This document shows, piece by piece, positions 22,129 to 36,065 of a stretch of 36,065 nucleotides of DNA; within the stretch, counting starts at the first letter, position 1, and every line of letters starts with the position of its first letter. The translations under genes and the position numbers were made by a program. The notes under the pieces were generated by a model, which saw nothing but the letters and a program-made list of their open reading frames with translations, did not search any database and had not been told where the DNA came from. Location of the stretch: NCBI GenBank assembly GCA_000320545.1, contig ADNK01002374.1, positions 1 through 36,065 of the forward strand. The letters are read 5' to 3'. The DNA is from Bigelowiella natans CCMP2755 (Eukaryota; Protista; Cercozoa).

Positions 22129-25054
22129 ATGATATCCTCGACTCAAGTGCGACACAAGAAGCTGGAAAAGCAGGATGAGAAGTCGGAGGTAGAACATATG
22201 ATTCTAGTCCAACATATTACTAGAATATGATTACTTTCGTAGACTTTGGACTCACATCACAAAGAATGCCAAGATACTTTGCATTTTGAAATGGATCTAC
22301 AAGTCTCACACATAGTGCACTGACAATACACAGCATGTCGTTGAAGAAGATGATATGATGGGTCGCCTTAAAGACCTTGGAGTTTTTGACGAGGATGACC
22401 CTGAAAACCTACTGGATAAAGTGAAGTCATCCCAAGGTGAGAACAGGAACGCTGTGGCGGCATCTCAGGTTGAAAAAATCGAGGAAAAAGGGGGCAGGAC
22501 TGACGCAGCGGTTGCTTCCCCAATGATCATTCGAGAGAAGTCAGAGGAAGAGGAACTTAAAGAGCTTGTCGAGCAGGAAGAAAAGAAGGAAATCGCTAGG
22601 GATATAATGTATTGAAAATGATGTATTCGTATTCGCATAAAAGTATAAAAGGAACTAATTAGATTATTGAAGCTTTCCCATTCATTTGCTTATTATGTTT
22701 GGTCGTGCTACAGATACGATGAAGTGTTGCCTAAGGTCCATCAAAGGGTAAATGAGAAGCAACGGCAGGAGAATTTGAAGAAAGAACTTGTAGAAGACAA
22801 GACCCCAATCCGTGTAATGCCGATTCAAGTCGAGGCTAAGCCCTATGAACCTGTGGCCGGAGAACCACACTCTGGAATGATTCAAGTAGTCACACCTATC
22901 GTCATTGATCCCAGGTGGTGTAGTAATAGTAGTAGTAGTAATAGCAGTAGTATTAGTAGTAATTGTTGAAGAAGTAATAGTGGTAGTAGTAGTAAAAGTA
23001 GGAGTGTGGCAACAACGAGGTCATCCTAAATAACAGTGGATCCGATATTGCAGATAGAGAAGATCAAGATAATGTGCACACTTACGCATCCATACGCTTC
23101 ATAACAGACAAATCAAGGTCGTTGAGTCAAAAACTGATACGGAAGTCAAAAATGTGCAAGTCATTGGATCACTGCAACCAACGGCAAGCGATACCATATC
23201 GCTCTTAAGGGAGGCGGAGGGGAAAGAGGTATCACAGATCATAGTTGAGGAGAAAGAAATGGCTGTCGAAGCAACAACTACTTCCTATCCAGAACTCACG
23301 GAAGCTGCCTACCCAGAGCTGAAGGTGGTGGAAGGAGGAGGAGGAGGAGGAGGAAGAGGATGATGATGCTGCTGAATAAAATCCAATCAATAAACACAAA
23401 GACGGCATTCAATATATGCTTTTGCCTTTCCTATCAGGAAAAAATAACATCGGTTACCGCTGCTGCAGCTATTTCAACAGCAGCCTCTACTACCGCCGTC
23501 ATAGAGCAAAAAATTGAGGAGGATGAAAAGACCCAATTGAGGATACAGGCCATTGGTGCTGGAACAATGATGATGGGAAGCAGCGTAGCCTCTCAACTTG
23601 TTGAGGTAGCAGCAGCAGGAACAGGATTAGTAGTAGTAGGAGTTTTTGGGTGATATACTGAGGATTGATTGTATATCATTATCATTTGCCCCATCAATTG
23701 ATAAAACATAGCTCCTTACTCCGCAGAAGATTCGTTTCTCATTCTCATCACTACGACGTGGCATTGTTTTCTTGACTTAATTGGTGTTTGTCCCTTCTCA
23801 TCGTTAGCAGAAAGATGGTAAGGAGGTTGAGGATGCTCCATTACGAGTGAAATCATCGTTGTTGGTGGCGGACCTGGAGCCTCTCACCAGCGTCATGGAC
23901 TGGGTTATCAAGGACGAAAAGGTGTTTATTATCGCGCTGGCGGTGGGAGTTATCAGTGCTCGTACACATACCAAACGTACGGCACGCATGGAGAAAGAGG
24001 AGAGATGAACAGAGAGCGTTGTGCGTATTATTGATGATGATGATGGTTTTGCGTTATTCAGCTTCGGTTGCGCTCCGACATAGTGGCACTTAGAATCATG
24101 AAGCAACACGACGAAGTGGTCAGTGTTTGCTGTATAATAGCCCACGAAATGCCAACCACCACCTAATAATGTGTTTGTATTTGACCTTCTCTTCAACCTC
24201 TACTACTACTGCTACTACTACTACTACTACTACTATTGCTACTACTACAACTGGCACTCTAGATTACTCCCAATACATTTCTATCCTCTATTGTTACGAC
24301 ATCATACATTTGAACACTGATTCCACTACTGCTGCAACCCTCTCCCCCTTCGTTATGCAGTCCGCAAAAGAGCTGAATGAGTTTCGTATTCGTTCGCACG
24401 TGGACAGTAAGAGCCCCTTCTTCTTACTAGTGAAACGATTCTTCGAGGAGGAGCAGAAGCTCGCATCGGGGCCGGTGCTGTTGAAGGCACGGAAGGAGCG
24501 ATTCGATCAGCAGCTGAAGCTGATGTGGCCGCGAGAATTGAAAACGATATCCAAATCACTGGTCGGCCCGAATAATGGCGTTGTCGTCAGGTACGACTTT
24601 AACTATGAGCGCACATGGGTTAGCGAGAGCGATGCACGAGCGCTGGTCAAGACGCTCAGAGCAGAGAGCGAGCTGTTGCTTCCCGAATTAACTAAGCACA
24701 AGTTTAACAATCGCACTTCCTTTCTGGCCGTGGAGTTACACCTCTTTGAAACGCGCCACTCATCCGCTGCTGTTTCTGCGTCCAACTACTACTACCACCC
24801 GGATGCTGCTACTGGCAGCTCCTCACGTGCAATGGAGCACATTCTGCATTGCGCCGATGTCCTTTTCTACTTTCTCAAAAAGGTGGTATAATGATTAGAA
24901 CAAACGACGGTTATTTTGTGGAAGATGATAGGTAGAGACTGCTAGCAGTTTTGGGGTTGAGGATGCTTGTTGCGCTGAATGGGAGGAAGAGGAGGAAACT
25001 AATTATGTGAATGTTTCAACACATACACACGCACACACACACTCACACACACAA

Positions 25055-25097
<43 letters not shown>

Positions 25098-26747
25098 AAA
25101 AGCACATTCACACAAACAAGATATATGTAGCATGAATATGCACACCTGTTTACTCCATGACATACAGCTCTCGCCCTCCTTCACTTACTAATTGGTCTTT
25201 AATGGGGAACTCTTTCTTCTTTTTCTTCAACCCCCTCCTTTTCCTACCACTCCCAAATGAATGAATGAATAATTGACTTTATTTGGGCTGCTGCTCTTGC
25301 TGAGCACAGGCTTCTCAATCTATTGATAATCACCCTGTACAAGTGTATGATGCATTGCTACCCTTTCATTTAAGGGGAGGCCCTGGGGGGGGGGGGGGGG
25401 GGAAGAGTGGGAGCAGCGTGTGAACATAAAATGATGATGTTGGTCTTTCTTTCTTCGTGGGTGATATTCTACTTACAGACATATAAAGAAGGGAATGGGG
25501 TCGTACAAAACGATGGTAAAGCACAGCAGCTTCATCCTCCTCCTCCTGCTGCTGCTGCTGCTGCTGCCGACAGCTACAAAGTTGCGTGCGAGTCATTTCG
25601 TAAGGCGGTGAACAATTGGATCAAAGTCATCTCGAGTTGGATCTATCATGAGGGCACCTCCAAGGACCAAGAGTAAGTCAGAGAGAGAGAGAGAAAATTC
25701 ATTTTCTCCTACTTCGAATGCATTCCATATTTGTTGTTATCTAGAAAGGCGAACGAGCTTCTGTTCTAACCGTGTATGATCGGGTAGCAATGCTACCTCG
25801 CCTTACCTCCCCCCCCCCCCCCCCCTCCCCTCTAATATCAGATATATATTCCGTCACTTAATTCAAACGAAGGGTTTGCATCAGTACAAGCATATACCGC
25901 AGTTCCCCATCGACATCAACAAATGGGGCGCCGACGTTAACCAACACTTCCTTAAGATCATGTCGTTATAAAATTTACATAGAAATTGAAATGACCAAGT
26001 CAGCAAACAATAGCAATGAATCCATGCACAAACAGAATAATATATATGTGTATATACACATGTATTGAATATGGAGAAATAAATATAAAATCTCTGATGG
26101 AAGGAAGAGAGAACAGCCACAGTTGCTGCTTACACGTCCTATATTTCACCACCATATCCTCTGCAAATAACAACACTCTTAGAATAACCATCACTACTTC
26201 CTTCATGCCCATTATCTTTCTTTCTTTCTTCTTCATCGTCCATACCGCGATGATAGGTACCTCCTCCTCTCGCCCCTAGTTTCCCCGGGGGAGAATGCTG
26301 AGAGGGTGAGCAGTGGCGCTGGTAGCGATGAAGAGAAAAAATGGAGGAACCCAAACCAACAGCAACAGGTTCTGCAGCCTGGATCATCCGCCTCGAAGAG
26401 GAAGAACTCGATGATGGAAGAAGAAATGCGCAAGGTTCATCAAGCGCTCTATAAGGCGAATAAAGACCAGCTGACACAAGCAGATGTAAAGCGATGGAAC
26501 AGGGCTGCACTCACCGAGGAAGATCTCGTCCATCTCATCCAATCTATGCCAATCAAAGAATTTCTGAACCATATCTTCCTTACTGCTTTCAACTCGGCTC
26601 TTGCTGAAGAGGGGGGGGCAAACTGGCAAGCGGAGGTGAATCGTGCTCTAGGGACTGCGAAGGCAGTTATGTATATGATCGGCAACGCTCTCTCAGCGCT
26701 ACCTGGTCTCAATATTTTCAAGGAGAATGTACGGATGATGATGAGAG

Positions 26748-26781
<34 letters not shown>

Positions 26782-28283
26782 AGTTGAATGAGGATGATGG
26801 TTTGCAACGGGAAAATGAGGAGTAGCGAGAGGAGGAGGGTTGGTAGACTCCTATTTGTTTCTTGATTTCATTTTGGAGGACCCCAAATAGGAATATGTGT
26901 GAGAGGACCCGTGCGACCCTTCTTAAATACTTCTATTATTACTTTTTCACTTAGATCTATTAGTTTTTACACAAACTCACTCACTCACTCCCTCAATCAC
27001 GTGTTGAATAACATATGCCATCTTCCTCACACCGCAATTATCATGATTGCAGCTACTTACTCTACTGTTGCTGATACGTTGTATTCACTCTACTCCTACC
27101 CCACCCCCTTTGCCACCAGTTATGCAAAGTACTATGCTGGACGGTGCAGTGTTTGGTAGATTCCTTCATACGCGCAAAGTCAAAGTCCGCCGCTGAGAAG
27201 AAGAAGAGGAAGAAGAAATATACTAACGAAGCAGCTGGAGCACGACCCAAGCCAAAGCTGCCCCCTAGAAGGAAGAAGATGAAAGAAGAGAATAAAGACG
27301 AAAGAAACGAAAGAGAAATGCAGCAGGAGCAGTATTACACCGCCCCAACCACCCCTTTCGAGAGGCTTGTTCGTCGAGAAATCGATTGGTTGTGCGCTCG
27401 TTGCATCGCATTGGTCACAGCAACGGATTCAACACCTTGCCGCTCCTATCTGTGCATGTTTCCTCTCAATCAGCTCTCTCCCGAGGGTGCTAGCCTTGTC
27501 TTTCAGGTGAGTTATATACTGAAAAACTACTAACAATGTGCTGCTGCTGCTGCTGCTGCTGCTGGTGGTGGTGGTGGAACAACAGAATGGGGGCAAACCC
27601 GTGTCTTCTCGGCATCATCAACCCGCACTGATAACTTCATTGATGAATATTTTCATATCCTCCGCCTCCTCCGTTCCTTGGTCCTCCCTTTTCTCCAGAT
27701 TGTGTTTCGTGAGATGAGTCTGTCGTCGTTGCTTGACTCCGGATACAAGGTGGATACACTTAGTTTTGACGGCTGGCAAACAGTGATGGCGTACAACCCG
27801 ACCTTGAGGCGTGGTTTCTTCAAGCACTTCTCAGCAGCAGCAGCAGCAACAACAACAACACGTAGAGGGGGTGAGATCATCGACGACGACATAATGGCCC
27901 CTCTTGTCGCATTGAATACACTGGCCGAATCACAACCTGCAGGCTCCATCCTGCCAGAAATATGGCTGCACGAGATGTTTTTGGCCTCGTTTGTGAACCC
28001 AGAGACGAGAGACAATCTTGCGTTGAGGTCGCAGCCGCTTGTTACAGCTTTGTGTGCGATTCATCCCAATGCTACCTCGCAGTTGCTTAGAGACCTCAAG
28101 ATGTTCTTTAGAGGGAAAATAGGAGCTGTTGAAAAGGGAGGGGGGAGAGGAGCAGCAGCAGGAGGAGGGGGAAAGGCGACAGCAAAGCAACAGCGCAGTA
28201 TGATTAGGGATGTGATTAGAGATATGGTCTTGAACCTCGACTTGAGACGGTGATGTCTACATGAGATGAGATGATTGCTCCTG

Positions 28284-28315
<32 letters not shown>

Positions 28316-30537
28316 GGTGATTACAATGGTATCTGCCGACGACGACACTCTTCATCAAACTTAGAGTTGCGCTTTCGACCTTTTTGCGTCTAATTGCGTG
28401 CATGCACGCACACACGCACACACGCACACACGCACAAACACACTTATTACCATTGTATTGCCATGAAAATATATTTGTTGCAGGTATGTTGTTGACCAGA
28501 AAGATTGCGACATTATAAGGGACTTCTTGCAGCGGCCGGGGCATTTTTGCTTTGAGTTTGGAATGATGATCGCCGAGCGGTGAGGGGGAACGCTAACGAA
28601 CTAGCTGTTGTTCATCATCATAAATATGGGCGTTGATTCTACCATTGCTGCCATGCGGTTCTTCACGCTGCCTTGCCTGCCTTTGTTATCATCCAATTGT
28701 CGTTCTCACCCTATATGTAGGTATAATTACCCTGACCCTGCATCAATAATCCGTCCTCCCTCTCAAGCAGCAGCAGAAGCAGCAGCAGCACAGAAAGAAG
28801 AGAAAGGAAGCCGCTCGTTGTCAAAATGGTCGGCATTGGTGCGAGTGTCTCAAATGCTTTTGGTGGGGCTGGGGGAGGCCCGTTTGGCACACGTCGTCAG
28901 TAGATTCAGCAGCAGCAGCAGCAGTAGCAATAGAGGGGGCAAGGGCTCGGCAGTGATACCTGGCCCCTCCTTAAGCTGGTGGTGTGCGATTCTGAGCAAA
29001 ATCGCTACTCATGATCTCAAAGGGAGGCCAATCGTGTCGGCATCGAGTCAAAGGCAGACCCAATTTCCTTCGCAGGTTGGCCAAAGAAGAAGAAGAAGAA
29101 GAAGAAGAAGAAGAAGAAATATGTAAGAAAAAAATGGTGGGGGAGAATTCATCGCTGCTAAAACATCTTCTCATGAAAACGATCATGGGTAGATTGTGCA
29201 TCATCGTTTTCAAATCCACATGATATCTGTGTCCCTCTTTTGGTCATACTCAATACCTTCTCATCCCCATCCCTGCTCTACGCTTCATATTTTCTCCTCC
29301 TCCTTCTCCCACTCTCTCCTTCTTCTCCCCCCTCCCCAGGAATGTCTTGATCGACTCAAAATAGCCTACCCTAGGTATGCTATTAGTATTAGTTGTAGTA
29401 GCAGCGTGAGCTTCAGGGATAACGATAATGTGCACGCTTTACATTTACCACTACCCGCAATAAACACGTATTATTTATCAACAGTACCCCCTCCCCCCCA
29501 CCACCACCACCACCACCATCATCATCATCATATCCTTTTCGGAAAAACCTTTGACACATGATTCATCATTCATCGATTCATTATCATTATGGGACTGGCT
29601 GATGTTCTTACTGGGTCTCTGTTCATTATAAGCATGACAACGGACAAAGTGCGAGAATTGGTGCTGTCAGACACTGTCCTCAAGTATATTGAGCTCATGA
29701 CCTCCGCCACTGCACACACTCACGCGACATTCAAAGCGAATGGGTGGAGCACGATCAGAGACCTCGCGCAAACAGGCCCCCCCAGCAACAAACTAGCTCA
29801 AAGGGCGCTGTACTCTCTCTTGCCCTCCATTGTGGATGGCGCCAAAGACAACGACAGCAGTATTGACGCTTTCCCAATCATCGAGACGGTTGGTAGCTCT
29901 CTCTAGTGGAATCCCAGTAATAGCATACATGCATGATAATAACCATTTCTCCACAGGTGTTGAACGAGGAGAAACGTACATGGGGAAGATCGCATATGGA
30001 GATAGATGCATTGTCTTCCCTGCTCCAGGCCCACATGGCAACGCTGGCGATACGAGAGATGCACACCATCAAGGTAATCTTGCTAGTAATCTTTTGTTTA
30101 TCAACACGTGAGGGGAACAGTACTAACTAGATGTTGTGATCAACCAAAAAGGGCATGCTCCCCGTTGCACGTTGGAATGCCTTATTTGCTACTGGAACCC
30201 CATCAAATATCGTTGGCGATACGAACGACGTCGTATCAAGGCTGAGTAGTGAAGAGAAGAACAACGGCGGGCATCTTTATCCTACTCCTGCAGATTTGCG
30301 GGGATCAAAGAGCAGCCCCCCTCCCCCTGTGACACGTGCACCTTCTTCTCCTAATGAGGCAAGAGCATGGATCCAGGTGCAAAAGGAGGTCAATCTCTCC
30401 CCCCCGGAAAAGTCCAATCTGGTCGAGTTCTACTTGAAGCAAATATCGAAGCGGGAGAGTGGATACGTGAAGCCGGGACAACCAGTAATGACTGGTACGA
30501 ACGGTAAAGGCTGGCTTGCTGACGATGCTGGTAAGTA

Positions 30538-30571
<34 letters not shown>

Positions 30572-32173
30572 GATAATGAGCATGATTCAAGTCACGTAAT
30601 GATGATGGTGATGATGATGACGATAATGTATATCGACGCTTCTCAGGGCGCAAGCTAATGGATGCTTTGGTCCACTCGTTGTACCGGCTGCAGCCTACCA
30701 ACAGCAAGCATACGCTGCCGCATCTCTCAAAGTTTTTCCGCGAGTACGTGGAGAGACACGGTAGGCTGAATCCCCGGCCGAAGAGGGGGGCTGGGTTTGA
30801 GCCCCCACTGAGTCCTTTAGGAAGCCGCGCCGATCAGAATGCGAAGTATGCCTGGCTGGCCTTCCAGATTCTTACTGAAATGACCGAGATGAACTCTAGA
30901 AACTGGTAGCTCTTACATCATGTCACAACCCTTCCATTGCCATTGTTAATCATCACCATCGACGTCACGGTCATCGTGATTATATTTAATGATAGCAAAA
31001 CTTCACAGGTTTGCCCTTGGCGAGAAAAGCGTGCAACAGGTGACGGAGCGCAATATTTGGAAGAAAGTCCTAAAGAAAGTAGACCCAGTCAACAACAAGA
31101 TTATTCTCTGGGAGAGCGTTATAAGGGAATGGGTCAGACATGCATGCTGTGTTGCCCCTGACCACCCGCTGTTGCCCTCCTTCTGGCAGCAGTTCTTTGC
31201 TATGTATTTCTCCAAGCTTCCTTCTGGTAATTAATGCAAGTAATTGATTCGTGAGGTGATGCTTGGAGCAACTAATAGGGATGTTAGTTGTTAATCCTCG
31301 AAAATGCCATAATCTCTTCTGTGTTGGTGCTGTTCTTAGACAGCAGTACACCATGTGCGGACCCGTTGAATCCTGGGCGTTTTTTTGGCTACCAGTACAT
31401 GCTAGGCAACACAGGAGACTCACTTGTCCGTCAGGCACTTTCACGTCTGAAAGTCCTCACAAAATTCTGGCATAATACGTCAAAGAAGGCAGCTCATCCG
31501 AGCAAGAAGGTCAGCAACTCCTCGACCACGACTGACAACACAACTAATAGAACAACAACAACAACAACAACAACAACAACGATATTATAGTAATGCGTAG
31601 TGGCCTTGATGTTATCACCAACCTAAAGGCATACGCTGAGAAGCTTAGCGCAGTGTACCTTGCCATGCACTCATGGCTACACGTGCAACCGAGGAGGGCT
31701 AACGATGAGGTCAACCGGTGGGGCGTCCTGCCAAATAGCGGAGAAGGCTTTGGTCTCACCGAAAAAGAGCGCAAGTACTACGCCATCTCCCTTCGACACG
31801 ATAGATATTTATTCATTTTATTTTTTTAAAATATTGATACTTATATCGTTACTATGCTCCTAGCGCCACCCCACAGCAAACGCATTCTCGTCTTTAACCC
31901 ACGTTCGATGTGCCGATGAGAAACTGATGCCGCTTCTTCTTCCGTACTCTCGTCGCTGATGACTGTTCCTTTCCCAGATTCTTGAGTATGCGGTGTCCGA
32001 CCCGCAACCTAGAATCAGCAACTACGTGGCGGGTGAACCAGCTGGCGATAAGGGCTCGACTAGGAGCTCTTCCTGCAGATATGTGTGTCCCGCGTCTGGT
32101 TGCAGTGATAGGTACTAACGATGCTGCTGCTGTTGTTGCTACCACGACGATGAGACGAAGATGATTGATGTGG

Positions 32174-32208
<35 letters not shown>

Positions 32209-32664
32209 AATGATGATAATGATGCCCAGAGTAGAAATAAGTACGAGATTCTGAAAGTTTGTTTGTCGCCATCGTCTCACCTTGCCCATTGACGTGGTGG
32301 TGGTGGCAGTTTATGTCATAATTCCTCTCCTCCTTCGATCTTCTTGTATTTGCACACGCCTCCTTCCTTCGTTTGTTCCCCCCCTGTTTAGGCGACGAGG
32401 TAATCGACAGATCACGCAAAACTCTTTGGCTTGACCTCGCGGTAGGTGTAACGGAGGGCGTGGAAAGCGGGATGGACGGCGACATGGTCTCTCTCTCAAA
32501 CAACGTGAGCGGGTTCATAAAGAAGAGTGTCTTCAACTCGGTGTTCTCGCCCTCCGGCGACAACTTCATGGAGATAGAGCGCACGAGAACCAACGCCGCC
32601 AAACTGAGTCTCACCAAGCAGGCCAGACTCCGAGAGAAGAGAACCAGGGTTTGTGTTAGCACGA

Positions 32665-32696
<32 letters not shown>

Positions 32697-33187
32697 CTAG
32701 TGTAGGTAATTATGATAATGGTGATGACGATGATGATGATGACCAATGACGTATATGGAAATCAAGAATGGCTTCGTTTGTAAGGTGTGATGTAATATGA
32801 TGTCGTATAATGTGCGTGTGCTTAGCGTCTCCTTCCCGACTCTAAAGGCGCGTTGCATGTGGAGGGGATGACGTTAATACTACCGGCAAACCTTCGCCTC
32901 CCTGTGTCTGAATCGCTAAGTGATGGAGTCATTCAAAGTGTAAGCGCCTCCATGGAAGCAGCGTGCAAATCCTACTCAGAAAGAGTGTCAAGGCTCAAGG
33001 CCTTCTCTTTGCAGACGAAGCAGCTTGTGCGTGGTTTGTATCGAAACGAGAAGAAAGTTACGAATATCACCCGAGTGGCGGATGGCGGCTTGTTTAAAAA
33101 GTCCGAAGATGTGACTTTCACTTTTAATCACACCACGATTAAGGAGGTACGGCTATACTGCTGCTAGTAGTAGAAGTAATGTTGTTG

Positions 33188-33219
<32 letters not shown>

Positions 33220-35216
33220 GTGCAGGATGATGGTGTTGGCGTGTGCTTACTGGGCCACAAATGCTGCCGCATTGACCATCTGCCATGCAACAACTATATT
33301 TGTTGCATTGTCGTCTTAGGTGGCAGCAGTCCGTAACGCGTTGGATAAGAATCGAGAAAGCGTCGTCGCAGCCTTGAGAGAATCACCTCCACATGAGGCC
33401 TATGCGTTTCGTGACGCTCAAGTAGACGATGTCTGTAGCCAAGTCCTTCTGATCTCAAAGATCGCAGATTACCTTGTTCAATCTTGCTCTTCAATTCAGG
33501 TAGCAACAGTAGCAGCGGTAGTTATGTGATAACGAAGAAGAAGATGTACTCAACTCATACCGATCATTAGTCTGCCTCTGCTGATGCTGCTGAGTACCAT
33601 ATTATTTTGTGTAAATTATACCCATCGTTCTTTTCTTGATCTGCTGCTACTGCCCTATAGTCTTCCTCGCACCCTGATTATGTTGCTCTGGACACGCTCA
33701 AAGGCATTGCACGAAAATGGTGCTTGTAGTGCTAGTAGTAGTAGCAGTAGCAGTAGTAGTAGTAGTAGTAGTCGTCATTACGTGCAACCTAAAACGATGC
33801 GGATGCTGTTTTCTGCTGCTTTTGATGGTGATGCTTATGGTGATGGAGGGGGAGAAGATAACGTTGAATGTGGGGTAGGCTTTATGCTATCGTTGCTATG
33901 GAAGGCCCATCACCGACAAATACCCTGTCACACGCGACCACGTCATTCCATTGCTGACCAAGCTGGCGAGATTTGTGCCCGCAGATATCCAGTCTCAGTT
34001 GCAGCTCGTATCGGCGTTGAGAGAGCACCCAAACCTTGTCAGAGAGCTTGCACCCGCTCTGAATCCTATGCAACTCTTCTCTCCGGTAGTAGTAGTAGTA
34101 GTATGATGCTGCTTCAGTACCATGGACTCACATCGTCATTGTGCTTGTGCGTGTATGCTTGCGAGTGGTTCGTTATGCGTGATCATCATGTGTGAATAGG
34201 TAGCGTTATTGTGTCTCTGCGTTCAAATGAATGATTTCCACGCACAGATTTGAGCCTGCATTATTATCAGTGCTTCTGTCGTCCGTTGTATCTCAAGCAT
34301 GATCTTAATATTGTTTTTCTTTGTTCTTCCTCCTATTCGCTCCATCTCCGACTTGTTTACCGGTTAGGACGGAAAGGACCAGCACACTCGTCACGAGGAG
34401 TACGTCCACTTGTTTACGCAGGCAACCGGGCTCCGATTAAAGATTCTCGGCCAAAAAAACCCGTTGATCGCCGTTGATTTGCTCGCACGATTCAATGTAA
34501 AATTGTGGTTGCAAGCTAAACGACCCGATCTGCATCAAGTTGGAGCGATATTCAACCACACGACCAACACGTTGAGAGAGCAGGTCTATCTATCGACGTT
34601 TATTTGGTTGTTTCCTCCCTCTTGATTCTTACTGCTACTTCTTTTTCTCAACCCTCTCCCCGTTTTCTCCTCCTCTTCCTCCTCCTATATCGTCTCCCAC
34701 AAAGCTTCGACTTCTACTAACTTAGCTATATACTGTGCAGCACATGGCGAGTACGGGTTCAGAGAGCAGCAGTAGTAAGGGATTCCCAAGATTGTTCAAC
34801 TACGAGAGACAGAGAGCAGTGGCCTTCCTTCTACAGGTTGCATTACGAAAGAATCGCGTCATGTATTTTCCCATCGATATTATCAGATTGTCGTCGTCGT
34901 CATCATTGTCGTTTGCATGCATGCTGGTCCCCTATGAACCTTACCTTGTTGCTCTCAATTTGGCCATCTAACCAGGTCTTCGGCGACTGTTCCGGCTATG
35001 AGTTTCCCCGCGCATTTGGCTCTGCTTGGACGGTGTTGTTGCAGCATGCTACCATTGCGCCCATTCGCATCCCTCCTCAATCTTGGACACGCGTCGCTGA
35101 TGCAGCCCCTCTCACGAAGCTATCCTGGGCAAAGCTCATCGAGACCATAACACAGCTAGGAGTACATCTTGCAAGCCACGCACTTGACGCGAAACGTGCT
35201 GCCGCTGCTGCTACTC

Positions 35217-35249
<33 letters not shown>

Positions 35250-36065
35250 CTGATCCTGCTGCTGACGACTCGAAACAGGGAGGGGATGAAAACGCAACAT
35301 CAGCCGCAAGCTTAGCAGCGGCGAATAAGGTGAAGGAGAAGATCTCCTCCTCTTCCTCGCCTTCATGGGCATCTGATATGACATCTCGGGGACTACCCGC
35401 CGTGTATGCGCTCAGCGGGGAATGTGCGAAAGAGATCCTAGGATTTATCAAACAACTGGTGCTTGCTGCCTTGAGGAAACTGCATTATACTAAGTCGCAG
35501 CAGGTGATGAGAGGAAACCATGGCAGCGGCACGATCAACACCCGGCAGATGAAACAGACTCTCAAGAACAACATGAATGAGGTAGGAGGAAGAGGGAAGA
35601 AGGAGGGGAGGACGATTCTCTGTTACCGTATCTATGTAGTCAATACATCCACTCTAAAATAACCGGTTTATCCACTACTATTAGCACGACTACATCATCA
35701 TCATTATCATCATCATCAGAATAAATCATTCAAATCATAATTCAGCTCTGGGGAGCTGTATGGCGAGCGTTTGAGCCATGGTTGTGCGCTGTCGCAAATC
35801 CCGCATATAGTCGTGAAGCCCCCACTCTGACCGAGAAGTACGTTCCTGAGCTGTATGCAAGCTGCCAACGATTCGCACAGGTTGTACGTATGGTTGCTAG
35901 CAAGCAAGCAAGCGCGAAAGAGAGAGGGAGAGAGAGAGTCTGCAAGGAGGAGGGAGAGGAAGAGGAGGAGGAGGAAGTTGCTGAAGCCCGGGGATCAACT
36001 GGTTCTAGGACGTATAAGGGGACGAGAGGACATGGGAAATTGAAGGAGATGAGCGGGGAGGAGAA
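22129..36065 (+). CDS. EPG5: EPG5-like autophagosome-lysosome tethering factor (large multi-exon gene, 3' end beyond window; start codon tentative)
   Basis: Spliced chain starting 22129-22188, 22334-22608, 22714-22914, 23108-23324, 23438-23605, 23808-23921, 24361-24882; last visible exon 35746-35837. Not every middle junction was traced. Segments recall EPG5 blocks in the correct order: SPFFLLVKRFFEEEQKL...LMWPRELKTISKSLVG...YDFNYER, ILHCADVLFYFLKK, HFLKIMSYLLLSPL, LTEEDLVHLIQSMPIKEFLNHI, DHPLLPSFWQQFFAMY (cf. animal DHPLLPLIWQKFF), LWGAVWRAFEPWL. Confidence 0.85.
25063..25095. repeat. (TA)n microsatellite, intronic
   Basis: Directly visible perfect run within an EPG5 intron. Confidence 0.95.
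29084..29118. repeat. (GAA)n microsatellite, intronic
   Basis: Directly visible run just after the donor CAG/GTTGG; it produces the spurious poly-R and poly-E in the ORF track. Confidence 0.93.

Noticed and set aside
1-36065. CRISPR arrays, tRNA/rRNA genes, transposase or reverse-transcriptase ORFs, prokaryotic operons
   Set aside because: None seen. Repeats are simple microsatellites without spacers, and the coding sequence is explained by spliced eukaryotic genes.

Overview
Gene-dense, intron-rich eukaryotic nuclear DNA with short GT-AG introns, weak donor consensus and introns full of microsatellites. The style suggests a protist such as a chlorarachniophyte alga (Bigelowiella-like); this is an inference. 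Most supplied ORFs are microsatellite or antisense artefacts. Manual splicing gives six phase-consistent genes on strictly alternating strands: (1) a heterotrimeric G-protein alpha subunit (-, 3' truncated); (2) a protein with a signal/transit-like leader, a degenerate PCO/ADO-like cupin and a single NSF D1 AAA+ domain (+); (3) a ~1016-aa low-complexity hypothetical protein (-); (4) an ABCF3/GCN20-like ATPase with an optional coiled-coil plus SAM tail (+); (5) a complete voltage-sensing-phosphatase-like protein (S1-S4 + PTEN phosphatase + C2) with a charge-depleted sensor (-); (6) an EPG5-like autophagy tether running off the window end (+). The most interesting items are the VSP, the cupin-NSF fusion and the ABCF-SAM splice switch. 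All exon models and family calls were made by eye, without transcript data or database searches.
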